Source: Bacteroidota bacterium | GTDB taxonomy: Bacteria > Bacteroidota > Bacteroidia > J057 | Direction: 5' to 3' | Assembly (NCBI GenBank): GCA_039819665.1 | Contig: JBCBRM010000035.1 | Location: 25,343 to 89,342, forward strand | Length of the DNA: 64,000 nt | In this document: positions 49,235 through 57,389 of the stretch, piece by piece | Layout: each line of letters starts with the position of its first letter | Numbering within the stretch: position 1 is the first letter of the stretch | Notes under the pieces: generated by a model | What the model was told of the DNA's origin: nothing | Databases searched by the model: none | The model's input: only the letters and a program-made list of their open reading frames with translations | Made by a program: the position numbers and the translations under genes

Positions 49235-49336
49235 CTGTCATCCCGGAATCTGTCCAAGCAGATGTCCGGGATCCCTAGCAACTATAAAGAGTTAGCTAGA
49301 GTTCCCGGCTCTTGGAATAAGGCCGAGATGACATCC
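49235..49336. repeat. imperfect long palindromic intergenic element (copy E3 of a CTGTCAT...ATGACA(G/T) family)
   Basis: CTGTCATCCCGG...CCAAG...CCGGGA...CTAGC on the left pairs with GCTAG...TCCCGG...CTTGG...CCGAGATGACAT on the right. There is an inner perfect 8-bp hairpin ATCCCGGA/TCCGGGAT. Termini resemble those of the elements at 56700 and 57910. Confidence 0.6.
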
Positions 49337-49358
49337 TTGTTTAATCAAAAATTCAAGC

Positions 49359-50723
49359 ATGGATAGCATCAGCCTACAATGGACACTGCTCATCGGCTCT
49401 AGCCTGCTGATCTTTTTCATCTCCCCCTGGGCGAAGACAAAAGAGGACTTCTTCCGTGGGAGCAAAAATGAGCAGGCGCCCGGTTTTTGGATGTTGACCA
49501 GTAGCCTGGTCATTAGTTGGCTGTTTGCCAAGTCTATCACCAATGCCGCCAATCTGGGAATGAACTTTGGAATGGTCGGTGGTGTCGCCTATGCAGCCTA
49601 TTACTTCTCCTTTCTGGTTGCAGGCATCATCATTTATCGGATGCGTATCAGGGGAGGCTATGCATCCTTACACAATTTTCTCGAGAGTAAGTATGGTAGT
49701 AGCGCGGTGTTGATCTTTTCTATACTGATCGGCATCCGCCTGCTTAATGAAGTTTGGTCCAATAATTTGGTGATCGGTTCTTATTTCGGAGAAAGTGGGA
49801 GCAGTCCGTTTTATTTGTCCATAGTGGTATTCACCCTGCTGACTGTTGCCTATACCTTAAAAGGCGGATTAAGGAGTTCCCTACTAACGGATTTGATTCA
49901 AATGGTCCTGTTTGGGGTACTCCTATTTGTCATCCTTGGCATCATTCTCCCAAAAGAAGATGGAGATATAGGAAAGTTTGTAAGCAGTGGAAGTTGGACA
50001 ATTGCAGGTGGACTTGACCTCTTTTTCGTTGCCATTATCCAGGTATTCAGCTATCCTTTTCATGATCCGGTATTAACTGACCGAGCTTTCATCAGTGAGC
50101 CCAAGACGACCTTACGGAGCTTTATTTTCGCTACCCTTTTAGGCTCACTTTGCATTCTGCTTTTCAGCTTTGTAGGCATTTATGCTTCTTTCGAAGGCAT
50201 GGAAGGACAAGCCCCCGTGGAAGTCAGCAAACTCCTAGGATTAAGCATGATGCTGGCCATGAATTTCATCATGGTTACCTCAGCTTCCTCAACCCTCGAT
50301 TCCGCTTTCAATTCCTTTGCAAAACTCTTTGTCATCGATCATCGATTGTTTGAGGAAAGGCAAATCTTTTTTGGAAGATGGGTCATTGCAAGTTTGGCTG
50401 TACTGGGAACCATCCCGGCTTTTCTGGGTGCTGAGATTCTATCTGCTACTACCATAAGTGGAACCATGGTGCTGGGTTTGAGTCCGGTTTTTCTATTTTG
50501 GAATCGATCTTTCCCCCGAATCTCCTATTACCTAAGTATAGGCGTAGGATTGCTATTCGGTTTCCTGCTGGCAGCAGATCTCTATCCAAAATCATGGGTA
50601 TTCTTTGAAAGCACATATGCAGCCTTATTATCCGCCAACATCATAGCTGTGAGCCTTTGTTTCCTTCTTTTTTTAGCACCCGCACTTTTTACCAAAACTA
50701 AAACTTATGAAAGCATCGCATAA
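49359..50723 (+). CDS. sodium:solute symporter (SSS)-family-like transporter
   Basis: 454-aa polytopic membrane protein. The GGLRSSLLTDLIQMVLF segment resembles the SSS GGxxAVxWTDxxQ motif. Substrate unknown. Overlaps the next gene by 17 nt. Confidence 0.6.
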   Translation: MDSISLQWTLLIGSSLLIFFISPWAKTKEDFFRGSKNEQAPGFWMLTSSLVISWLFAKSITNAANLGMNFGMVGGVAYAAYYFSFLVAGIIIYRMRIRGGYASLHNFLESKYGSSAVLIFSILIGIRLLNEVWSNNLVIGSYFGESGSSPFYLSIVVFTLLTVAYTLKGGLRSSLLTDLIQMVLFGVLLFVILGIILPKEDGDIGKFVSSGSWTIAGGLDLFFVAIIQVFSYPFHDPVLTDRAFISEPKTTLRSFIFATLLGSLCILLFSFVGIYASFEGMEGQAPVEVSKLLGLSMMLAMNFIMVTSASSTLDSAFNSFAKLFVIDHRLFEERQIFFGRWVIASLAVLGTIPAFLGAEILSATTISGTMVLGLSPVFLFWNRSFPRISYYLSIGVGLLFGFLLAADLYPKSWVFFESTYAALLSANIIAVSLCFLLFLAPALFTKTKTYESIA

Positions 50724-51930
50724 TATAGGGACCCTTCAGGGACGCCTCCTGGTCTTCGGTGGAGTCTACAGCAATCTCCAGGCTTTGGAAGCTTTGTATG
50801 AGATTGCGCAAAAGGAAAAGATTCCTCCTGAAAACATCATCTGTACAGGAGATGTAATCGCTTACTGTTCTCAACCCAATGAATGCGTCTCTTTGATAAA
50901 AGATTGGGGCATCCATTGCATAGCCGGAAATGTAGAAGAAAACCTCAGCAATGGGGTAGAGGACTGCGGGTGTAATTTTGCGGAAGGCAGTCGTTGTGAT
51001 ATGCTCTCGCAGCAATGGTATCCCTTTGCACGAACCGAAGTAAGCGAATCTTCTTTGACATGGATAAAAGAACTGCCCTTTCACCTGGATTTTAGCTATG
51101 CCGGGAAAAAGTTTGGAGTCGTTCATGGTTCTTACGATGTCATTTCCGAATACATATTTGCTTCCTCACCCTGGGAAGTAAAACAGGAGTATTTCGATAA
51201 ATCGGGTATGGATGTGATCCTGTCCGGTCATTGTGGATTGCCTTTTTCGGAGGAAAAAGCAGGTATGTCCTGGTTAAACCCCGGCGTCATCGGTATGCCC
51301 GCCAATGATGGTACGCCCCGAACCTGGTACATGATCCTTGAGGAAGAGGAAGATGGATTTTCCCATAGCCATCATGCCCTCGAATATAATCATGTTCAAA
51401 CTTCCAAACGCATGCGACTCAAGGGGCTTCCCGATGCCTATGCAGATACCCTGATAAATGGCCTTTGGGACAATAATGATATCCTACCTGAAGAAGAAAC
51501 TTCTCAGCAAGGAGTCAGAATTACTTTGGCCGATCCTCCGGGATATGTTGCTCCCACACCTCAACCTTCACCTTTACATCAATCAAAAAAGAATATGTCA
51601 AACACCTATTATAACCCCAAAGACCTTAATAAATTCGGCGACGTTTCAGAATGGCAACCCGAATTGGGAGAGAAGTATTTTGAGTACTACGGATCAGTCT
51701 TTAAGGACGGAGAACTTAGTGCCAGAGAAAAAGCCCTGATTGCCCTGGCCGTTTCCCATGCCATAAAATGCCCCTTTTGCATCGACATGTACACCAAAAA
51801 TGCAGTGGTTAAAGGCTATGACGAAGGACAAATGATGGAGGCCCTGCATGTAGCCACAGCTATCCAAAGCGGATCCGTCCTTATTCATGGCGTCCAGATG
51901 ATGCAGAAAGCCGAAGAGATTATGATGTAG
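50707..51930 (+). CDS. fusion protein: calcineurin-like metallophosphoesterase (N) + AhpD/carboxymuconolactone-decarboxylase-like 'arsenosugar biosynthesis-associated peroxidase-like' domain (C)
   Basis: 407-aa ORF. N-half has LLVFGGVYSNLQAL, CTGDVIAYCSQPNEC, IAGNVEE, VVHGS, LSGHCGLPF. A Pro-rich linker PPGYVAPTPQPSP leads to a C-half beginning MSNTYYNPKDL... with AhpD-like ALAVSHAIKCPFCIDMYT. Confidence 0.7.
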   Translation: MKASHNIGTLQGRLLVFGGVYSNLQALEALYEIAQKEKIPPENIICTGDVIAYCSQPNECVSLIKDWGIHCIAGNVEENLSNGVEDCGCNFAEGSRCDMLSQQWYPFARTEVSESSLTWIKELPFHLDFSYAGKKFGVVHGSYDVISEYIFASSPWEVKQEYFDKSGMDVILSGHCGLPFSEEKAGMSWLNPGVIGMPANDGTPRTWYMILEEEEDGFSHSHHALEYNHVQTSKRMRLKGLPDAYADTLINGLWDNNDILPEEETSQQGVRITLADPPGYVAPTPQPSPLHQSKKNMSNTYYNPKDLNKFGDVSEWQPELGEKYFEYYGSVFKDGELSAREKALIALAVSHAIKCPFCIDMYTKNAVVKGYDEGQMMEALHVATAIQSGSVLIHGVQMMQKAEEIMM

Positions 51931-51938
51931 GTTCTACT

Positions 51939-51964
51939 CCTGCTTTTTGTTTGCAAAAAGTAGG
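51939..51964 (+). other. 11-bp hairpin just after the stop of 50707..51930 (no U-tract)
   Basis: CCTGCTTTTTG (51939-51949), loop TTTG, CAAAAAGTAGG (51954-51964), with one G-U pair. It sits in a 158-nt gap upstream of arsS and may be an attenuator or processing site rather than a classical terminator. Confidence 0.35.
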
Positions 51965-52088
51965 CAAAAACCTTCGAGATGTTAAAGCCAGATCACAACT
52001 CTGCCCCGGAGCCCAAATCTTGAAGGCCAACGCCTAGGTGTGAAAGGCCCAGACTTACAATAGGAATAAACTTATAACAAAAAATAAA

Positions 52089-53141
52089 ATGGCACTTACA
52101 ACAAAGTCCCTCAAAAGAAGAAATGATTCCCTGGCCAATCCTGAACGTCAATGGGAAATTCTGGAATATATCGAGGGAATGAATGTCAAAGCATTCAAAT
52201 CAAAAATGGAAGGCTTGAATCTTTTTCCCCTGAAACCCACAGGCATCGAAATCCTGCAAATCAATGTAGGCAAGATGTGTAATCAGGTCTGTAAACACTG
52301 TCACGTGGATGCAGGACCTGATCGAAAAGAAATCATGACAAGGGAAACTATGCAACTCTGTTTGGAAGCGATTAAGCATTCAGATATACATACGGTTGAC
52401 CTCACTGGAGGAGCCCCAGAGATGAATCCAGACTTTCGTTGGTTTGTGGAAGAACTCTCTGCTTTAGGCAAGCATATCATCGTTCGCTGCAACCTCACCA
52501 TCATAGTCGCGAACAAGAAATACTATGACCTGCCTGAATTTTTTAAAAAGCATAAAATAGAGGTTGTTTCCTCCTTGCCTTATTTCGCAGCTAAACGGAC
52601 GGACGCACAAAGGGGAGAGGGAGTTTTTGAAAAATCAATTCGTGCGCTTAGGATGCTCAATGAGGTAGGATATGGTAAAGAAGGTTCTGAGCTCAAACTA
52701 AATTTGGTTTATAATCCTTCCGGAGCCTTTCTTCCTGATCATCAGGAAGCCTTACAAGCTCAGTTTAAAAAGAAGCTCAAAGATGGTTACGATATTGACT
52801 TCCATGAATTATATGCAATTACCAATCTCCCCATTAGCCGCTTTCTTGAATACCTTGTTCGAACCGAGAATTACGAAAGCTATATGGAGGAGCTGGCCAA
52901 TGCATTCAATCCTATGGCTGCCGAGCAAGTAATGTGTAGAAATACTATATCAGTAAGCTGGGACGGTTATCTCTATGATTGCGATTTTAACCAGATGCTG
53001 GAGTTAAAGTTGGAGGGGAAAGCTCAGCATCTAAAAGACTGGGACAAGGAAGAGATCGGGAAAAGAAATATTATCCTGGGTCAGCATTGCTATGGCTGTA
53101 CTGCGGGCGCCGGATCCAGCTGTGGGGGAACAACGGCCTAG
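52089..53141 (+). CDS. arsS: radical SAM / Cys-rich-domain protein ArsS (arsenosugar-biosynthesis type; Cys, not Sec, version)
   Basis: 350-aa ORF. Radical-SAM cluster motif CNQVCKHC (CxxxCxxC), TGGAPEMNP, and the family-typical C-terminus CYGCTAGAGSSCGG. No in-frame TGA. Confidence 0.8.
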   Translation: MALTTKSLKRRNDSLANPERQWEILEYIEGMNVKAFKSKMEGLNLFPLKPTGIEILQINVGKMCNQVCKHCHVDAGPDRKEIMTRETMQLCLEAIKHSDIHTVDLTGGAPEMNPDFRWFVEELSALGKHIIVRCNLTIIVANKKYYDLPEFFKKHKIEVVSSLPYFAAKRTDAQRGEGVFEKSIRALRMLNEVGYGKEGSELKLNLVYNPSGAFLPDHQEALQAQFKKKLKDGYDIDFHELYAITNLPISRFLEYLVRTENYESYMEELANAFNPMAAEQVMCRNTISVSWDGYLYDCDFNQMLELKLEGKAQHLKDWDKEEIGKRNIILGQHCYGCTAGAGSSCGGTTA

Positions 53142-53163
53142 ATTCAAAAAACATATATATGTT

Positions 53164-53194
53164 AGCAATGCCGGCTTATTAAGCCGGCATTGCT
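53164..53194 (+). terminator. strong hairpin after arsS
   Basis: AGCAATGCCGGCT (53164-53176), loop TATTA, AGCCGGCATTGCT (53182-53194): a perfect 13-bp stem. The downstream T-tract is only TT. Confidence 0.55.
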
Positions 53195-53260
53195 TTAAAC
53201 AATCCAAATTTTAATTACCTTTAAGTAACGCAATCGCCCTATTAACTGAATTGCGGCTAC

Positions 53261-54940
53261 ATGAAACTATCTATACTACTACCTACACTGCTGCTGTTGG
53301 CTTCAGGCCTAATCCATGCGCAACTTGATGGAAATTCAAGAGGCTCCTCCCCCGAAGTTCAAATGGAATTGGTACTGGATGGGTTTGGGGAGGACATTAG
53401 TCTTTTGAGTCTGGGAGATCAGGGAATCCTCATTGGACACCCCATTGACACTTCAGAATCAAACTCAATAACTTCTCTATCTATCAGAGATAAGCAGCAA
53501 TGGAAATTCAGCAAATACAGCCCTGACTTCATCCAGATTTGGGAACAACAGCTGGAAAGCAATCGGGGATTGCAATATGTCAAGCACTTCTGGCAAGATG
53601 AGAAAATCCACCTTCTTTTATTTCAGAAAAGAAAAGGAGCACATAAACGATTCCAAATCATCAGCTTTGATATTTTTGAAGGAGAATACAGTTCTGTTGA
53701 AGGTAAGCTTGTCGGAAATGTGAAGGTAAATGATTTTAGTGTAGTAAAGGATATGGCCTACATAGGGGGGGAGACAGAAATTCAACGTTGGGAGAAAGTC
53801 GCCAGGGGAGTAGCGACAGCCTTTGTTTTCCCGATATATATGGGTAGCCTGAAATATAATATCCAACATTCCCTTACCAGAATAGATTTAACATCAGGCG
53901 AAAGTAAAGCGATCAATTACGACTATAGTAAGGTATCCAAAACCCAAAGTCTTGCCCCCAACGAATGGGCTCGCTCCATGAGTATTTTGCTTAATCACAG
54001 TAAAAAAAAGGAAGAATCTTCGATTTATGTAAAGGAATATGCCGGAAATCAAATGATCCGAAATCTTAAACTCAATCCTAAAAGTGATAACAGGCTTCTA
54101 AATGGACGGATCAAGCACCTTAACCGAGATGACTTTTTAGTTCTGGGTACCTATGCTGCTCCCTATGATGATCAGAAATGGCTCAAAAGGTTTGGTGCAG
54201 GTATCACCGGAACAAGATTAAAAGAGTATGCACAGGGTATATATGTAGCGAAAGTTAGAAATCGGGGGCAGATATATATTAAATATTATAGCTTCAATCA
54301 ATTTGAGACCTTTTTCGATGCTTATGGAAAAAAGGCTAAAGAAAAAGCGAAAAAGAAAAACAAAAAGAAGAAGAAAAAAGGGAAAGAGGTCTTGTTAGAT
54401 GTGAATCTATTAATACACGATATTGAAGAAACCCCGGACTCTTATTTGTTTTTGGCAGAATCATATATCCCAGTCTATGAGGATGAAAAAACGGGAACTA
54501 TCACTACGCAATCAGGAAAGGGAAATATGGCAGCAGGTTATAAATATACCCATGCAATCCTGGCAGCTTTTGATAAGGAAAGTGGAGAAATGCAATGGGA
54601 TAATTCCTTCCCTATCTTCAATCTCGTTTCTCCTCAACTTCAGACGCAGGTTGAATTACTGACTGAATCCGACACTTGTACCCTGATTTACAATTTGGAA
54701 GGAAGCCTTCAAGCGAGACGGATACATCAGGGACAGATTCTCCAAAGTCGGCAAGTGACTGACCTTAGCCAGGACCTTATGAAAAAGAAAAGAGATTCCT
54801 CCTACACCAGTCAACTCATACATTGGTATGACAATTATTTCCTGGCCTGGGGGTATAAAAATAAAAAGGCTGCCCAATCAGGCAGTATATCATTGGACAA
54901 TCAAAATCAGCCAATATTCTTCTACAAAGTTGCTTACTAA
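53261..54940 (+). CDS. secreted hypothetical protein with internal poly-Lys tract
   Basis: 559-aa ORF. Signal peptide MKLSILLPTLLLLASGLIHAQ and internal GKKAKEKAKKKNKKKKKKGKE. No family recognised. Confidence 0.6.
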   Translation: MKLSILLPTLLLLASGLIHAQLDGNSRGSSPEVQMELVLDGFGEDISLLSLGDQGILIGHPIDTSESNSITSLSIRDKQQWKFSKYSPDFIQIWEQQLESNRGLQYVKHFWQDEKIHLLLFQKRKGAHKRFQIISFDIFEGEYSSVEGKLVGNVKVNDFSVVKDMAYIGGETEIQRWEKVARGVATAFVFPIYMGSLKYNIQHSLTRIDLTSGESKAINYDYSKVSKTQSLAPNEWARSMSILLNHSKKKEESSIYVKEYAGNQMIRNLKLNPKSDNRLLNGRIKHLNRDDFLVLGTYAAPYDDQKWLKRFGAGITGTRLKEYAQGIYVAKVRNRGQIYIKYYSFNQFETFFDAYGKKAKEKAKKKNKKKKKKGKEVLLDVNLLIHDIEETPDSYLFLAESYIPVYEDEKTGTITTQSGKGNMAAGYKYTHAILAAFDKESGEMQWDNSFPIFNLVSPQLQTQVELLTESDTCTLIYNLEGSLQARRIHQGQILQSRQVTDLSQDLMKKKRDSSYTSQLIHWYDNYFLAWGYKNKKAAQSGSISLDNQNQPIFFYKVAY

Positions 54941-54949
54941 TTAGATATT

Positions 54950-56011
54950 ATGAAACATTTACAACTTTTGTCCATAGCCATACTTACTTTGCTCCTGGCA
55001 TGCAGCTCAGGGAAAAAAGAGCAAAAAGCAAGTGAGGATCAAAAAGTGGATACAAAACTAAAAGCGCTCATCATCGATGGCCAAAACAATCATGGGGTCT
55101 GGCCAAAGACAACAGTCATGATGAAAGACTATCTGGAAGAGTCTGGCTTGTTTGAGGTTGATGTTGAAAGAACAGCTTTCACCTGGCAAGGTCCACATTG
55201 TGATCCCAGCCTCGGAGGAGAAGAAAACCGAAAAAAGCTAATAGCCCAATATCCCATCGAAGGAGGTAAAACAACAGAGATGACTGAGGAACCTCAGGCT
55301 GATCCAAACTTCAATCCTGATTTTTCCAAATATGATGTAGTGATCTCCAATTTGGGATGGAAAGCCACTACCTGGTCAGATCAGACGAAAGCAAATTTCG
55401 AAACTTATGTGGCAGAAGGGGGAGGCTTAGTAATCGTGCATGCCGCCAATAATTCCTTTGGAGATTGGGATGCATACAATGAAATGATCGGCTTAGGAGG
55501 ATGGGGAGGAAGAGGGCAGCATACAGGTCCTTATGTTTATATAAATGATGATAAAGAAGTAGTTAGAGATGAAGGGGAAGGGGAGTGTGGTTCTCATGGA
55601 TTACAGCATGAATACCAAATCACTATTCAGAATACGGAGCATCCAATTACCAAAGGCTTACCTTTGCATTGGCTTCACACCAAGGATGAACTCTATGATC
55701 GCCTTAGAGGTCCAGCTAAAAATATGACCATTTTGGCCACAGCCTATTCAGATATTGAGAAAAATGCCTCCAATTTTTCACCCTTGAAAGGAACCAATCG
55801 GCATGAACCTATGCTCTTGACAATAAATTATGGAGAAGGACGAGTTTTTCATACGGTCATGGGGCATACAGACTATTCATTTGAATGTGTAGGCTTTATA
55901 ACCACCTTTAAAAGAGGTACCGAATGGGCGGCAACCGGAAAAGTTACTCAAACAGATATCCCGGCGGACTTTCCCACACCTGATAAGTCCAGCCAAAGAA
56001 AGTGGAACTAA
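54950..56011 (+). CDS. ThuA-domain (trehalose-utilisation-like) lipoprotein
   Basis: 353-aa ORF. Lipobox LLLAC, then KALIIDGQNNH, GGGLVIVHAANNSF, HPITKGLP, DELYDRLRGP and GEGRVFHTVMGH, as in ThuA-like proteins. Confidence 0.75.
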   Translation: MKHLQLLSIAILTLLLACSSGKKEQKASEDQKVDTKLKALIIDGQNNHGVWPKTTVMMKDYLEESGLFEVDVERTAFTWQGPHCDPSLGGEENRKKLIAQYPIEGGKTTEMTEEPQADPNFNPDFSKYDVVISNLGWKATTWSDQTKANFETYVAEGGGLVIVHAANNSFGDWDAYNEMIGLGGWGGRGQHTGPYVYINDDKEVVRDEGEGECGSHGLQHEYQITIQNTEHPITKGLPLHWLHTKDELYDRLRGPAKNMTILATAYSDIEKNASNFSPLKGTNRHEPMLLTINYGEGRVFHTVMGHTDYSFECVGFITTFKRGTEWAATGKVTQTDIPADFPTPDKSSQRKWN

Positions 56012-56015
56012 ATTT

Positions 56016-56675
56016 ATGAAAAATGTCATTATTGCAGGAGCCAGCGGAATGGTTGGTTCTCATGCACTTGAATATTGTTTAGAGCACCCGGAAGTTGGTT
56101 CTGTAACTTCAATTGTAAGAAAAGCCAGTGGTCAATCTCATCCGAAATTGACTGAGATAGTTCATGATAATTTCCTCGATTATAGTTCCATTCAGGATTC
56201 TATGAAGAATCAGGATGTTGCTCTCTTTTGTATAGGCGTCTATACAGGTGCTGTTGGAAAAGAAAAATTTAGAGAGGTAACTGTTGATATACCTCAAAAA
56301 TTTGCAGAAGCATTGAAGTCACAAAATGAGCATATAACTTTTTGCTTGTTGAGTGGGGCAGGGGCTGATCGGACAGAGAAAAGCCGGACGATGTTTGCCC
56401 GTGATAAAGGAGTTATAGAAAATATACTGGATGATATGGAATTAGGAGAATTTCATTCCTTTCGTCCGGCCTATATCTATCCGGTAGTTCCCAGAGAGGA
56501 GCCTAATTTCATGTATAGCTTCTCTCGTTGGTTGTATAAGCCTTTGATATCACGGATGGGGAAAAATGCATCTATTAAATCTACTGAACTTGCGCAGGCA
56601 ATGGTTCAACTTGGTCTTAAGGGGGGGGGATTGACGATTTTGGAGAATAAGGATATACTAGAGGTTTTGGAATAA
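56016..56675 (+). CDS. NAD(P)H-binding Rossmann-fold protein (atypical SDR / HTATIP2-like)
   Basis: 219-aa ORF with N-terminal VIIAGASGMVGSHAL glycine-rich loop. 4-nt gap after the ThuA-like gene. Confidence 0.7.
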   Translation: MKNVIIAGASGMVGSHALEYCLEHPEVGSVTSIVRKASGQSHPKLTEIVHDNFLDYSSIQDSMKNQDVALFCIGVYTGAVGKEKFREVTVDIPQKFAEALKSQNEHITFCLLSGAGADRTEKSRTMFARDKGVIENILDDMELGEFHSFRPAYIYPVVPREEPNFMYSFSRWLYKPLISRMGKNASIKSTELAQAMVQLGLKGGGLTILENKDILEVLE

Positions 56676-56699
56676 ATGGGTGGCAATTATTAAAACGCT

Positions 56700-56816
56700 A
56701 ACAGTCTGGTTATTTCGAGTCGAAAAATTCAGCACAGCAATCTCCTAAACTAAATTACCTTTTTTGAGCCAAGGAGATTGCTGTGCTCTTTATAAGAGCT
56801 TGTAATGACAGCTGTT
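56700..56816. repeat. imperfect long palindromic intergenic element (copy E1)
   Basis: Perfect 15-bp inner stem AGCACAGCAATCTCC (56731-56745) / GGAGATTGCTGTGCT (56773-56787). Outer arms AACAG...(56700) and ...TGTAATGACAGCTGTT (56816) partly pair. The left arm is mostly identical by eye to the left arm of the element at 57910 (..TCGAAAAATTCAGCACAGCAATCTCC vs ..CCGAAAACTTCAGTGAAGTAATCTCC). Confidence 0.65.
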
Positions 56817-56893
56817 CTGATTGGGTATTCGCATTGACATCTGTGATATAGATTTTCATGTATTCCCAACTCAAAAATCCGTAACTTATATTT

Positions 56894-57346
56894 ATGTCAT
56901 CTGAAGCTTATCCGAAAGTGTATTTATACAGAAGAGTGGTTCAGGCAAAACTCTATATAGATGAACATTTTTCAGAGAAGCTGGACCTGGATGCCATTTC
57001 TGATGAGGCCTATTTCTCCAAATATCACTTTCTACGCTTGTTCAAAAAAATTTATGGAAAAACACCATATCAGTATCTGATGTCAGTCAGGATGGATCGG
57101 GCGAAAATATTGCTTGAACAAGGAAATTCTGTCTCAGAGGTTTGTTTTTTGGTTGGACATGATAGTCTCACCTCTTTTACGGGTCTATTTAAACGAAAAA
57201 CCGGCCTTAGCCCTTCCCAATTCCAGAAACAGCACCAAGTCCGCAAAGCTGATCAGGCCCAAACTCCTCTGAAGTATGTTCCTAACTGTTTCGCAGAATT
57301 CAATGGCTGGACGGAAAATAGCAATTTTGAAGAAGTGCAAGACTAA
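56894..57346 (+). CDS. AraC-family HTH protein (DNA-binding domain only)
   Basis: 150-aa ORF. YFSKYHFLRLFKKIYGKTPYQYLMSVRMDRAKILL and GHDSLTSFTGLFKRKTGLSPSQF are the two AraC HTH units. There is no ligand-binding domain. Confidence 0.85.
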   Translation: MSSEAYPKVYLYRRVVQAKLYIDEHFSEKLDLDAISDEAYFSKYHFLRLFKKIYGKTPYQYLMSVRMDRAKILLEQGNSVSEVCFLVGHDSLTSFTGLFKRKTGLSPSQFQKQHQVRKADQAQTPLKYVPNCFAEFNGWTENSNFEEVQD

Positions 57347-57389
57347 ATCCCTGGGCATCTTTGGGTCATAACAGATTAAACACTTCAAT

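Noticed and set aside
49142-49366. 74-aa plus-strand ORF between SusD and the transporter
   Set aside because: It overlaps the SusD 3' end and is otherwise the translation of the palindromic repeat element (49235-49336). This is a typical repeat-derived pseudo-ORF.
52089-53141. Possible selenocysteine (in-frame TGA) in the ArsS C-terminal domain
   Set aside because: The ORF is uninterrupted, and the position that is Sec in some homologues is Cys here (..GSSCGG). No TGA recoding is needed.
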